From contig JAPOKN010000002.1 in the NCBI GenBank assembly GCA_029977605.1, positions 6,925 through 70,924 of the forward strand: DNA of 64,000 nt. Reading direction: 5' to 3'. The notes under the pieces were generated by a model. That model saw only the letters and a list, made by a program, of their open reading frames with translations, did no database searches and had not been told where the DNA came from. This DNA comes from Methanobacteriota archaeon (lineage in GTDB: Archaea > Thermoplasmatota > Poseidoniia > MGIII > CG-Epi1). This document shows, piece by piece, positions 42,023 through 51,852 of the stretch (positions are counted from its first letter, which is position 1; each line of letters begins with the position of its first letter). A program made the translations under genes and the position numbers.

Positions 42023-43151
42023 AAGCAATTGAAGCAATTAAAGCTCCAAAAAGAAATACTTGCTGCTCATCATACTTAAGCAATAATTCACCTACAATTA
42101 AACTTCCAAGTCCACTGCCAAGCAGACTAAAAGAGCTAAGCAACCCCATCATTCTTGCCCTTAAATCATAAGGTACCGTATCAGCTACAATAGTCCTAGC
42201 CCCAAGAAAGAAAGTCATGTAGATCGGAATTGTAAATACTAAGGTTATAGCATAGAGATTTACTGTGAAAGAATAAGCTAACATTGAAAAAATTACAAAT
42301 AATGATGCAATGCGAATGGCTGTCTCTCTTGGATATTTATCAATTAAATTTCCGGCATAAGGGGCTGTTATAGCATGTATAAGACCACTACACAAAACAA
42401 TCCAACCCATTCTGTTGCTTGAGCCTGCAATGTCTGTCAAATAAACTGGTGAGATTGTTAGGAAAAATATATAGCCCATAAATAGAATAAATGTAATAAT
42501 AAACAATCGAGATAATCTTTTAAAATAGAAGAAGAAATCGTCTTTGACCTTTACCATTTCCCTTTTCTTTTCGGTAGAAGACATGTAACCAATTACCGAA
42601 ATTAATCCTAGAAAAGCTGTAAAGAAAAAGGAAAAAACTACAGGACCGCTACCAAGGCCATAATCCTCTTCACTTACAAGGTATGCACCTGCAAAGGCAC
42701 CTACACCCCATCCCAAGCCCAGTACGGCTTCTAGGCGTCCCATAAACGAACCTCTAGCAGATGAATCTAATTCTGAAAACATCGTAGCAATTTGAACCAT
42801 ACCGCCAAGAAAAAACGACTGAATTGTACGTACTAATACTAATTCTAGTGGACCTAACCAGGGTAAAGGAAGATATAACAAAGCAGTAATAATAGAACAA
42901 AGAACAACTACATTTTTTCTACTTCTCCATTTATCAGCTACATATCCCCAGAAAGCTGAACCTGCAACCAATGCAAAATTGGGTAAGCCTACAACTAATC
43001 CCAATGTACGGAAATCTCCCAAAAAATTTGCTTGAAGACGGATTAAAGTAAAAGAAAGACCTTGAGTTAAATTATAGCAAAAAGCACCTAGAAGAGCAAG
43101 TTTGATTTTGTTATCCACAACTGCCACAAAATTCCCTATATAATTACGCAC
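41982..43151 (-). CDS. MFS transporter
   Basis: 389 aa with ~12 TM and a D-K-W-R-S-R-K loop between TM2 and TM3 (MFS signature-like). Its 3' end overlaps the convergent gene by 41 nt. Confidence 0.78.
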   Translation of the reverse strand: MRNYIGNFVAVVDNKIKLALLGAFCYNLTQGLSFTLIRLQANFLGDFRTLGLVVGLPNFALVAGSAFWGYVADKWRSRKNVVVLCSIITALLYLPLPWLGPLELVLVRTIQSFFLGGMVQIATMFSELDSSARGSFMGRLEAVLGLGWGVGAFAGAYLVSEEDYGLGSGPVVFSFFFTAFLGLISVIGYMSSTEKKREMVKVKDDFFFYFKRLSRLFIITFILFMGYIFFLTISPVYLTDIAGSSNRMGWIVLCSGLIHAITAPYAGNLIDKYPRETAIRIASLFVIFSMLAYSFTVNLYAITLVFTIPIYMTFFLGARTIVADTVPYDLRARMMGLLSSFSLLGSGLGSLIVGELLLKYDEQQVFLFGALIASIAFILSLKDFSHLKN

Positions 43152-43184
43152 TGTACCTTTTTGTGTGCCAAGCTATGGAATGTC

Positions 43185-43967
43185 ATGGCAGATGAGCTCA
43201 TATTGATGAAATTGGGAGGTTCAGTTATTACCAATAAAAAAAGTCAAACACCTAAATGCCGTAAAGGAAATATTACTAAAATAGCTGAAATTATTTCAAA
43301 ATCTAAAGAAAAAATCATTATTGTACATGGCGCTGGATCTTATGCCCATCCCCTTGCTAAAAAATATAAAATTAGTAACGGTTTAGATGGAACTAATGAA
43401 CAATTAGAGGCCATCAAAAAAGCTAGAAAACAAATGAGAGAATTGAATCAATTATTATGCAAATCCATATCTGAGGCAGGTCTTGATTGTGAAAGTATTG
43501 TCCCTTCAATATCAATGAAGATAAACCGGGAAAATGAACCTATAGATTTTCCTAAAAGAAAATTTGATCAAATACTTTCTAACGGGAAAATAGCTGTAAC
43601 ATTTGGCGATATAGTTGATACAAAAGAAAATAACGTAGGAATACTGAGTGGAGATACCCTTTTGCTGAGATTAGCTGAATTATATAAGCCTAAGATGACA
43701 TTTTTTGTGATGGACTATCCTGGTGTAGTCAAGGGAAGTTTAGATGCAGATTTAATTGAAATACATGACAAAATCAACTCAAAATTTGTTAATAATGTAT
43801 CTATTCACAAGGAGGGAGGTAGGCCTGACGTAACTGGAGGTCTGCTTAACAAAATTAAATGTGCCCTTGAAATTTCAAATAATAGTGAATGTTGGATTAG
43901 TGGCCTAGATAATCTCGATGATTGTGTGAACGGAATGCCTAAAGGAACAAGAGTGATTAATGATTAA
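43185..43967 (+). CDS. isopentenyl phosphate kinase (amino-acid-kinase fold)
   Basis: LMKLGGSVITNK, VHGAGSYAH and ILSGD are IPK motifs. The ORF track opens at TTG 43161. The ATG at 43185 (MADELIL...) is the likelier start. Confidence 0.78.
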   Translation: MADELILMKLGGSVITNKKSQTPKCRKGNITKIAEIISKSKEKIIIVHGAGSYAHPLAKKYKISNGLDGTNEQLEAIKKARKQMRELNQLLCKSISEAGLDCESIVPSISMKINRENEPIDFPKRKFDQILSNGKIAVTFGDIVDTKENNVGILSGDTLLLRLAELYKPKMTFFVMDYPGVVKGSLDADLIEIHDKINSKFVNNVSIHKEGGRPDVTGGLLNKIKCALEISNNSECWISGLDNLDDCVNGMPKGTRVIND

Positions 43968-44658
43968 TGATGATGAAAAAAGTGTAGGGATTCTATTCCT
44001 ATCAATATTGGATTCTAAATCAACCATTAAAGACTGTATGAACAAGAGTGGTTTGACTGCAGACAAAATTTCTACCATTATTTCCATTCCTAAATTTAAT
44101 AGATATTTTGAAAAAAAAACCGATGAAGGACTTCACATTACATGTAAAATTGATTGGATAGGTGATGAAATAGGTAATCGGATTAAAATAAGTGATTCTG
44201 AATCTGAAATTTTAAAAGAAACTATAGAGAATAAATTCATCAATCATGTAATTAAATATTGGGATGAAAACGGAGAAACCAAGCGTGATTTTGAAATTAA
44301 AAACTTACCAGAATGGATTATTAGTGAATATGTTTTTCTATCGGGTTTTGCGATGTGGTTTAGAGAAAAAGAAAAAAATAAAGGGACTGATCTGTCTGGC
44401 CTTTTATCTAGCGCTACAGGAGAAGACGTTGAGGCTTCAGCAAGTATTGAATTTGACCAAGAGAGACTTAATTTAGTCAGTGAAATTCCTACACAAATTC
44501 TTGAAAAAATAATGAATATTACTCCTGCTGGAAAGATAGCATATCGTAGTTTAGACATGGCAGTAATGAAAGCAATGTCAGAAGGTAATCCTGAGCTTGC
44601 TAAAAAAATGAAAAATGAAACTGTGAGAGCCAAAAAATCATGGTGGAAATTCTGGTAA
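43960..44658 (+). CDS. hypothetical protein (possible N-terminal wHTH)
   Basis: 232 aa with no recognised motif. It overlaps the IPK 3' end by 8 nt and ends in KKSWWKFW. Confidence 0.45.
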   Translation: MINDDEKSVGILFLSILDSKSTIKDCMNKSGLTADKISTIISIPKFNRYFEKKTDEGLHITCKIDWIGDEIGNRIKISDSESEILKETIENKFINHVIKYWDENGETKRDFEIKNLPEWIISEYVFLSGFAMWFREKEKNKGTDLSGLLSSATGEDVEASASIEFDQERLNLVSEIPTQILEKIMNITPAGKIAYRSLDMAVMKAMSEGNPELAKKMKNETVRAKKSWWKFW

Positions 44659-44659
44659 C

Positions 44660-44911
44660 TTATTTTACGGTTTGTGTTCCTGGCTTAAACAATTCTTTAG
44701 TTTCAACGTCTCTTTCTTGAGGATTAATCCTTCTTGCTAAATCTCCGTTAACGTCAATAAAATAAAGATAACCCCTCTCTCTCTCATTTGAACCCTCGGA
44801 AATCAATTCCTTGTGTCCTCCCTTATGCTTCCAAACAGAACAATCATCCTCAACAAAATAAAGAAAACCATCTGGCTTAGGTAATTTTAATTTCTTAACT
44901 AATTCAGCCAT
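44660..44911 (-). CDS. hypothetical small protein with internal G[FY]LYF[VI][ED]D repeat
   Basis: 83 aa. It contains DGFLYFVEDD and RGYLYFIDVNGD. Its start shares 1 nt with the uL16 stop. Confidence 0.45.
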   Translation of the reverse strand: MAELVKKLKLPKPDGFLYFVEDDCSVWKHKGGHKELISEGSNERERGYLYFIDVNGDLARRINPQERDVETKELFKPGTQTVK

Positions 44912-45414
44912 TATTTTTGATTTACCACAATATTACACGGTGTTGGAAGCTTATGAGAAGATTTACGTAATGCTTCTTTAGCTTCTAAAACAAACTCATC
45001 TGAAGTTCTGAGTGTAATAAGCTTTTGACCGGATTTAACTCGGGCTGCAGTTCCTACGGTTCTACCAAATGATTTACGCATACCCATGGAAACTCGATCT
45101 GCACCTGCACCTTGAGCAATTTTATTATGCCTCAATACGTGATGAGGATAAGTTCGTACCTTTAGGTGATAACCATCTCTGCCTGCATGTGTTTGAATGT
45201 AACGATTAGCCGTAACCCTTGCAGACTCCAATGCATTATGCCTTACGAGACATTCCTCTTTAGCTGAAAGTGTAACTTCGACTGAAAAATCTGCTATTTT
45301 ATCTCCAACGTCAAATTGAGTAATACGACTAGCTGGAACTCCTCCAATGTATTCTTTTCGTGTGTAAGCTCTCTTCTTTCCACGAAACATATGTGCTGGA
45401 TTTTTCTTTGCCAT
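44911..45414 (-). CDS. rpl10e: 50S ribosomal protein uL16 (L10e)
   Basis: MAKKNPAHMFRGKKRAYTRKEYIGGVP.SRI..FD.G is the canonical L10e N-terminus. The ORF track extends to 45468, but the ATG at 45414 is the likely start. Confidence 0.9.
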   Translation of the reverse strand: MAKKNPAHMFRGKKRAYTRKEYIGGVPASRITQFDVGDKIADFSVEVTLSAKEECLVRHNALESARVTANRYIQTHAGRDGYHLKVRTYPHHVLRHNKIAQGAGADRVSMGMRKSFGRTVGTAARVKSGQKLITLRTSDEFVLEAKEALRKSSHKLPTPCNIVVNQK

Positions 45415-45514
45415 AATTAACCTACTATTGGCGCCAGATTGAGTTCTATTTAAATGTTTACATAGCAAATATTATGGCTTAGAGTATTAAACCCCAATCT
45501 GTGTGTAACAAAAT

Positions 45515-46684
45515 ATGAACATTCATGAGTATCAAGCAAAACAGCTTTTTAAAAATTACAATGTGAAAACTTTAGAAGGTGTCGTTGCAACAAATGCTAG
45601 TGAAGCTGCAAATGCGTGCAAAACTCTGGGGGGACATATTTGGGTTGTAAAAGCACAAGTGCATGCAGGAGGTAGAGGTAAAGGTGGAGGAATAATTCTT
45701 TGTAAAACTACTGATGAAGTTTATGAAGCCGCTGATAAATTGATAGGTTCTAACTTAGTAACTCCTCAAACCACCTCTGATGGAGTAATGGTTAGGAAAG
45801 TTTACGTTGAAGAAGGATGTGACATCGCAAAAGAACTTTACCTAGGAATCGTGCTTGATAGAGAACGGGACCTACCTGTTGTGATGGCATCTATTGAGGG
45901 TGGAGTAGAGATCGAAGAAATTGCAATCAAAGAACCTGAGAAAATTCTAAAGGTTTACGCGGACCCAATAACTGGTATCGGAAATTGGCAAGCAAGAAAA
46001 ATTGCATTCGGATTGGGTCTTGAAGGTAAGCAGGTTAGCTCCTGTTGCAAGTTTATTATTAGTCTGTATGAATTATTTATGAAACTTGATTGCTCAATTG
46101 TTGAAATAAATCCCTTAGTAGTAACTTCTGATGATGAAATAATTGCACTTGATGCGAAGATAAATTTCGATAGCTCAGCTCTGTTTAGACATGCAGATAT
46201 TGAGAAATTAAGAGACTTGGATGAAGAGGAACCACTAGAATCACAAGCAACGAAAGCTGGATTGAATTACATCAAATTAGATGGAGATATTGGTTGTATG
46301 GTAAATGGAGCTGGTTTAGCTATGTCTACTATGGATATAATCAAATTACATGGTGGTGAGCCTGCAAATTTCTTAGATGTAGGAGGTGGAGCCACTGCAG
46401 AGCAAGTAGCTGAAGGATTCAGAATTATTCTATCTGACCCTGAAGTAAAAGCTATTTTTGTAAATATTTTTGGAGGTATTATGAGGTGTGATTTTATTGC
46501 TGAAGGTATTATAACTGCCGCAAAAGAAATTGAATTAGATATCCCTTTAATAGTTAGATTAGCTGGAACTAATGTTGATTTGGGAAAGAAGATGTTATCT
46601 GAATCAGGCTTGGACTTAATTACTGCAGATGATATGGATAGTGGAGCAAGAAAATCTGTGAGTGCCATAGGAGGTAAATCATGA
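45515..46684 (+). CDS. sucC: succinyl-CoA synthetase beta subunit
   Basis: 389 aa. [11 protein letters not shown], the ATP-grasp [14 protein letters not shown], and [14 protein letters not shown]. Confidence 0.93.
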   Translation: MNIHEYQAKQLFKNYNVKTLEGVVATNASEAANACKTLGGHIWVVKAQVHAGGRGKGGGIILCKTTDEVYEAADKLIGSNLVTPQTTSDGVMVRKVYVEEGCDIAKELYLGIVLDRERDLPVVMASIEGGVEIEEIAIKEPEKILKVYADPITGIGNWQARKIAFGLGLEGKQVSSCCKFIISLYELFMKLDCSIVEINPLVVTSDDEIIALDAKINFDSSALFRHADIEKLRDLDEEEPLESQATKAGLNYIKLDGDIGCMVNGAGLAMSTMDIIKLHGGEPANFLDVGGGATAEQVAEGFRIILSDPEVKAIFVNIFGGIMRCDFIAEGIITAAKEIELDIPLIVRLAGTNVDLGKKMLSESGLDLITADDMDSGARKSVSAIGGKS

Positions 46685-47544
46685 GTATTTGGTTGAATTC
46701 AAAGAGTAAAGTCATAGTTCAGGGTATCACTGGGAAAAATGGCCAATTTCATACAAAACAAATGTTAGATTATGGAACTAAGGTAATAGGTGGAGTAACT
46801 CCCGGCAAAGGTGGTCAAGAGACGCTTGGAGTCCCTATCTGGAATACTGTAAACGAGGCCGTAGATAATGGAGCAAATGTATCGTGTATTTTTGTGCCGC
46901 CACCGTTTGCTGCTGATGCGATTATGGAATCTGCAGACGCAGGTGTTGAATTAATTGTAGCAATAACTGAGGGAATTCCCGCATTAGACATGGTTAAGGT
47001 AAAGAAATATTTAGAACCTATTGAAACCAGATTAATTGGTCCGAACTGTCCTGGACTGATAACTCCTGGTGAAAGCAAAGTAGGAATAATGCCGGGTCAC
47101 ATTCATAGAAAGGGTGATGTTGGTATAATCTCTAGATCTGGTACTTTAACATATGAAGCAGTAAATCAAGTAACCGAGAAGGGACTAGGCCAATCAACTT
47201 GTGTTGGCATAGGTGGCGATCCAGTTAATGGAACTGACTTTATCGATTGTTTAGAAGCCTTTGAGAATGATTCACAAACAAAATCTATGATAATGATTGG
47301 AGAAATTGGCGGAACTGCAGAGGAACTAGCTTCTGAATATGTTAAAGAATACGTTACAAAACCAATTGTTGGCTTTATAGCTGGTAGAACTGCACCACCA
47401 GGAAAAAGAATGGGACATGCTGGAGCTATAATTTCTGGAGGCAAAGGTACTGCAAGAGAAAAAATGAGAGCAATGGAGAGAGCAGGCATACATGTTACTG
47501 ATAATCCTGCTAAACTTGGAGATACTCTAGAAGAAATTATCTAG
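46681..47544 (+). CDS. sucD: succinyl-CoA synthetase alpha subunit
   Basis: 287 aa. [19 protein letters not shown], and GHAGAI, which contains the phosphohistidine. Confidence 0.93.
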   Translation: MSIWLNSKSKVIVQGITGKNGQFHTKQMLDYGTKVIGGVTPGKGGQETLGVPIWNTVNEAVDNGANVSCIFVPPPFAADAIMESADAGVELIVAITEGIPALDMVKVKKYLEPIETRLIGPNCPGLITPGESKVGIMPGHIHRKGDVGIISRSGTLTYEAVNQVTEKGLGQSTCVGIGGDPVNGTDFIDCLEAFENDSQTKSMIMIGEIGGTAEELASEYVKEYVTKPIVGFIAGRTAPPGKRMGHAGAIISGGKGTAREKMRAMERAGIHVTDNPAKLGDTLEEII

Positions 47545-48318
47545 TTGATGAATAAATTTGCTAATTTATTTAGAATAGCATATCACGGAGGTGCCTTTCA
47601 CGGATCTCAAGTTCAACCAGACGTAATAACCGTAGAAGGTGTGGTAAAAAACATTCTAAAAAATCTAGGTTCTTCAAACCCTATATTCGCAAGTCGAACT
47701 GATAAAGGTGTGAATGCCACTTGTAATGTCATAACTACAAGTTCTAATAAAAGATGTAAAGAATATGTTGGAGACTTTATTGAAAGACTTGAAGAATACC
47801 CTATATGGATAACTGGATTTTCGGATGTTGAAACAGACTTTAATCCTAGAATTGCCAAAGAAAGAGAATACAGATATTACGTATTTAATGAAAAAAAGAA
47901 AAAGCTATTTAATGAAGCAATGCAACTATTTGTTGGAAAACATGATTTCAGAAACTTTGCGCGAATTTTAGATACTGATATTGTAGATACAAGAAGAACT
48001 GTAGAGCAAATAGATGTTACTTCTAAAGGAGAAGTAGTTATATGTCAAATTAGAGGCATCTCCTTTCTTTGGCATCAAGTTAGAAAAATGATAGGTGCAG
48101 CTTCAGATGTTACAAACGGAAGGAAAGATCTGAGCGACATTGAAAAAGCACTCAATGGCGATAAAATAGACTTTACTATGGCTAAAGCTGAGTTTCTAAC
48201 ATTAAGCAACATAAAATACGATAATATAGAAATTGAAAAAATCAGAAATGAGAGAAATATGAGGATAAAATATGAATTATCCAAAAGTGATAACTTCTTC
48301 TGGAAAGAATTCTTATAA
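47545..48318 (+). CDS. truA: tRNA pseudouridine synthase A (TruA/Pus1 family)
   Basis: 257 aa. YHGGAFHGSQ.QP, the catalytic RTDKGVNA, and HQVR. Confidence 0.8.
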   Translation: MMNKFANLFRIAYHGGAFHGSQVQPDVITVEGVVKNILKNLGSSNPIFASRTDKGVNATCNVITTSSNKRCKEYVGDFIERLEEYPIWITGFSDVETDFNPRIAKEREYRYYVFNEKKKKLFNEAMQLFVGKHDFRNFARILDTDIVDTRRTVEQIDVTSKGEVVICQIRGISFLWHQVRKMIGAASDVTNGRKDLSDIEKALNGDKIDFTMAKAEFLTLSNIKYDNIEIEKIRNERNMRIKYELSKSDNFFWKEFL

Positions 48319-48334
48319 TATCAAAAACATAAAC

Positions 48335-48342
48335 TTTAAATA
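48335..48342 (+). promoter_or_regulatory. TATA box candidate TTTAAATA 22 nt upstream of the gar1 ATG
   Basis: Exact consensus octamer read directly. The spacing implies a leaderless transcript. Confidence 0.4.
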
Positions 48343-48363
48343 CTAGTTTTAAAAAGGAATATA

Positions 48364-48588
48364 ATGAAGTGTGTTGGACGGGTGTCACATTTGAACTCGA
48401 GAAATCTTGCGATTGTGAACACAGACAAGAAGGTTCCAAAGAACACTAAAATTTATGATTCTGAAAAAAGAATTATTGGAAGAGTTGTTAATATTTTTGG
48501 GCCTGTGAGCGATCCATATCTAGCCATAGCGCCGAATAAAGGTATGCGAATAACTAAGATTATTGGCAGAGAGGTTTACAAAAAATGA
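48364..48588 (+). CDS. gar1: H/ACA RNP protein Gar1
   Basis: 74 aa. G.V.H......IV.......P.....V.D......G.V..IFGPV..PY. is the archaeal Gar1 pattern. Confidence 0.75.
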   Translation: MKCVGRVSHLNSRNLAIVNTDKKVPKNTKIYDSEKRIIGRVVNIFGPVSDPYLAIAPNKGMRITKIIGREVYKK

Positions 48589-49370
48589 AATGTCCTGACT
48601 GTGAAAATGAAAAAATAGTTTCTGAGGGCGATGGCATCATGTCATGTAGCTCTTGCAAACTTATTTTTGACTCTGGCCCTCAATGGATGAAATATAAACC
48701 TGGAAAGTCAACTAAGGCAAAAGTCAAAGAGGTAAATGTATCTACGAATTCTCGGACAGTACTAACGTGGCAAAGTGAAGTAAGAACAAGTATTTCTCTA
48801 GGTAAAAATATTCTTTTAGCTTCAGAAGAAATCAACCGAATATCTGAATTACTCAAACTTGACAATAAAATTATGGAATCTGGATTAGAAATCTTTTCTA
48901 GTTCATCTAAAAAAGGCATAGTAAGGGGAAGAAGTACTCAAAAAGTTGCTGCAGCCTCAGTATTTACAGCATGCAGAGTAAATAATCTGCCAATAACTTT
49001 AGATGAAATTGCAAATCTTTGCAGCTTAAACAGGAATGAATTAAGTAAGCTCCACCGTTTAATTAAAAGAAAATTAAAGCTTAAAATTAACATTTCTAGT
49101 AGTGTAACCTTTCTACCCAAATTTACAAAAAGATTAGCACTACCAAAAAATGTAGAAACTGAAGCAAAAGAAATAATTAGATTTGTAGAAGACAGTGAAT
49201 ATAGACAAGGTATTTCACCTATTGCTCTGCTAGGCGCTTCAATATACCTTGCATGCAAAAAAACTAAAGTGAGAAGAAGTCAGCTTGAAATTGCTAAAAC
49301 TCTTGGTACTTCTGAAGTAACACTACGTAATCGAGCTAAGGAAATAAATTCGCTAATTAAATTGTTATAG
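48585..49370 (+). CDS. short TFB/TFIIB paralogue
   Basis: 261 aa. Zn ribbon CPDCx14CSSC, GPQW (B-reader remnant), and two cyclin-like repeats (RGRSTQKVAAASVFTACR / ISPIALLGASIYLACK). It overlaps gar1 by 4 nt. Confidence 0.75.
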   Translation: MKCPDCENEKIVSEGDGIMSCSSCKLIFDSGPQWMKYKPGKSTKAKVKEVNVSTNSRTVLTWQSEVRTSISLGKNILLASEEINRISELLKLDNKIMESGLEIFSSSSKKGIVRGRSTQKVAAASVFTACRVNNLPITLDEIANLCSLNRNELSKLHRLIKRKLKLKINISSSVTFLPKFTKRLALPKNVETEAKEIIRFVEDSEYRQGISPIALLGASIYLACKKTKVRRSQLEIAKTLGTSEVTLRNRAKEINSLIKLL

Positions 49371-50937
49371 AATAAAAATATTCTTCTGGTAATTCTAATT
49401 CTATTGCAAACATAGGGTCTTGATTAGGATCGGTACTATCATGATAGGCAACTACGATACCTCCATCAGGTAAGATTGCCATTGAAGCAAAATCAAACCT
49501 AATATCGTTACCTGCGCCTGAGGTTGAGTCCAAATCTCCTAAACCAATAATAGTTACAGAATCAGCTTCCATACTTTGGCTGTAATCTCGAACATGGAAA
49601 ACTAAATCTACATCACTAGGACTACCATCTCCTGTAAAATTCGAACTTTGAACCCTCATTGATATCACTGCCAAGTCTAAATTGCCATCTGCTTGGAAAT
49701 CCCACTCGAAAGTATTATCGGATACGGCTGCAGACCCAGGCCAACCATGAGTATACTCTGTCCAACTGTAACCTCCATCAAAACTTACACTGTGTGTCAA
49801 GTTGAAAGTTCCATCACAACCTTTGGCTCCAGGGTCAGCTATGTTACATGATACGCTATGCAATGCTCCAGAACTATCTATTACAAGATTTCTTGAAGGT
49901 AAAAGTGAACCATTTGGTAAATTATGCTTATGCCATGTTAGTTCAGTATCTAGAAATAAATTACTTCCATCACTAAACCATCTTGGAAACAATAGCCCTC
50001 CTGTTGGAATAGGGGAAGCTCTCATTTCTCTATGAGGTTGCATAAAATCCCATTCTGGCCCCAAATCCTCGAATAGCAAATCAAATTCAAGATCTTGGCC
50101 ACATCTAGCATATTCTGCGTTACATTCATTTGAAGCGCTATCAGGAATATCTAAAGGACGATAATTCAAACCATCAACGCTTATCTGATAACCTTGCTCA
50201 TTATAACTCCAAAAATTTGAAACAACCATGCTGGCCCAAGGACAATTTGATGAGCATAAATTCGTTGAATGCTCAGGAGGTGGATTTATAGGCCCAACCA
50301 CTGGAACCTGCCAAGACCTATCATAAAATGGTTCTTTATCAAAAGTATTCCAACACCATTGCCAGTCTATTTGATCAGGTGCAGTCTTTTTTCCAAGAAT
50401 TGCGTAGAATTGGTCTGCTCCATCAAAACTAGGATACGGAAACCAAGTCATTGCAAGTATATCTCCGTTAGGTGCCTGAATTATAGAACCTTCACCGAGC
50501 CCTGGATCAAATGTGGGATCTAATTGACCTTCCTCGCATCCCAAATCAGTATTGAATGCAGGAGGCACATATTCATCCCAAGTTAATCCTCTATCTGTAC
50601 TCCACCATGGCCATTCTCCCCCTAAATTATAGATTACTCCATCTTGATCTGTGGTGATATAGTGCTCACAGCAGTTTCCTCCATAATTATGGTCCTCCGC
50701 CAACTCAGTACCATAAACTGCCCATAATCGCTCAGTAGAACCACTTGGCGTAATAACTGTGAAATTACGAATAGGATTATCTGAAAAAGGAAATTGACTT
50801 AGTTGTTCATCTGAAACAATTAGCCTGGTCACTTCAATATCTTCTTCTTCAATTACCGTTCTTTTGTCCTCAGGTCCGAGGCAACCCATAAATGACAGAG
50901 TCACAAACATCATTGACATAATGAAAGGTAATTTCAT
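49357..50937 (-). CDS. secreted/lipoprotein-like BNR (Asp-box) beta-propeller protein, sialidase-fold
   Basis: 526 aa. Signal + Cys (LSFMGC). Asp-boxes STDRGLTW and SFDGGYSW. Confidence 0.6.
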   Translation of the reverse strand: MKLPFIMSMMFVTLSFMGCLGPEDKRTVIEEEDIEVTRLIVSDEQLSQFPFSDNPIRNFTVITPSGSTERLWAVYGTELAEDHNYGGNCCEHYITTDQDGVIYNLGGEWPWWSTDRGLTWDEYVPPAFNTDLGCEEGQLDPTFDPGLGEGSIIQAPNGDILAMTWFPYPSFDGADQFYAILGKKTAPDQIDWQWCWNTFDKEPFYDRSWQVPVVGPINPPPEHSTNLCSSNCPWASMVVSNFWSYNEQGYQISVDGLNYRPLDIPDSASNECNAEYARCGQDLEFDLLFEDLGPEWDFMQPHREMRASPIPTGGLLFPRWFSDGSNLFLDTELTWHKHNLPNGSLLPSRNLVIDSSGALHSVSCNIADPGAKGCDGTFNLTHSVSFDGGYSWTEYTHGWPGSAAVSDNTFEWDFQADGNLDLAVISMRVQSSNFTGDGSPSDVDLVFHVRDYSQSMEADSVTIIGLGDLDSTSGAGNDIRFDFASMAILPDGGIVVAYHDSTDPNQDPMFAIELELPEEYFYSITI

Positions 50938-51021
50938 AATAACATACTACATCTAATGGATAAAATAGTTATTGGCACTTGATGAGTATATTAAAAATAC
51001 CCATTTGCAATTGTGTAGTTA

Positions 51022-51852
51022 TTGAGTACTGACGCACTGGACATACCTCCCTGTTTTGTTCCCGTGGAAAAAAAAGGGTTTTTCGCAACTTTCCGCACAG
51101 ATAAATGGTGGATTCAACCATTATTAATGGGCACCATATTAATCTTGTTTGGAGTTTATACTATATCCGTTCTTTTGATAGAACATGGAGCTATAGGCGA
51201 TTATGAAAATGACTTTATTTATTATAATGAGAACGGCGCTCACTACGTAAGTCCAATTTCTTCCCCTGGCCCTAACGCTATTCCATCAGATATTCTCAGC
51301 TTTTGGCCACTTCCTGCTACACTTTTATTCATTTGGGCTCCTCTAGGATTCCGTGGAACTTGTTACTATGGTAGAAGAGTTTTTTACAGATCGCTATTAG
51401 CAAATCCTGCAGGCTGTGCAGTCGATAAACCAATTAAATCCTACAATGGTGAAAATGCACTTCCATTCATAATTATGAACTCCCACCGATATTTTCTTTA
51501 TTTAGCAATAATACTTGCCATATTGCATTGGTATCATGCATTTGAATCTTATATTTTTGGAAGCAGCGTAGGAGTCGGATTTGGGAGTCTTATCCTAACC
51601 ATCGACGCTTTATTCTTAACATTGTATGTTTCTTCATGTCATTCATTGAGAAACTTAGTTGGAGGTAATGTTGATTGTATTTCATGTACAAATTATGTTA
51701 AGAAGACAGGTAATTCATGGATAAATTCTCTTAACCGCCATCATGGATTATACTTCTGGATATCCTTAGTTACAATAATGATTGCTGATTTCTACATTAG
51801 AATTTACTTAGGACTATTGGGAAATGACGAAATATTTCAATGGGTGATTTAA
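51022..51852 (+). CDS. putative single-subunit membrane anchor of succinate dehydrogenase
   Basis: 276 aa with a TTG start and ~5-6 TM. It lies immediately upstream of, and overlaps, sdhA. Conserved-looking Cys/His motifs are GTCYYGRR, HWYH, SSCHSLRN, DCISC and RHHG. Confidence 0.55.
   Translation: MSTDALDIPPCFVPVEKKGFFATFRTDKWWIQPLLMGTILILFGVYTISVLLIEHGAIGDYENDFIYYNENGAHYVSPISSPGPNAIPSDILSFWPLPATLLFIWAPLGFRGTCYYGRRVFYRSLLANPAGCAVDKPIKSYNGENALPFIIMNSHRYFLYLAIILAILHWYHAFESYIFGSSVGVGFGSLILTIDALFLTLYVSSCHSLRNLVGGNVDCISCTNYVKKTGNSWINSLNRHHGLYFWISLVTIMIADFYIRIYLGLLGNDEIFQWVI

Noticed and set aside
48242-48439. 65-aa minus-strand ORF spanning the truA-gar1 spacer
   Set aside because: It overlaps the 3' end of truA, the TTTAAATA box and the gar1 start. 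Its composition is unremarkable and it has no motif.
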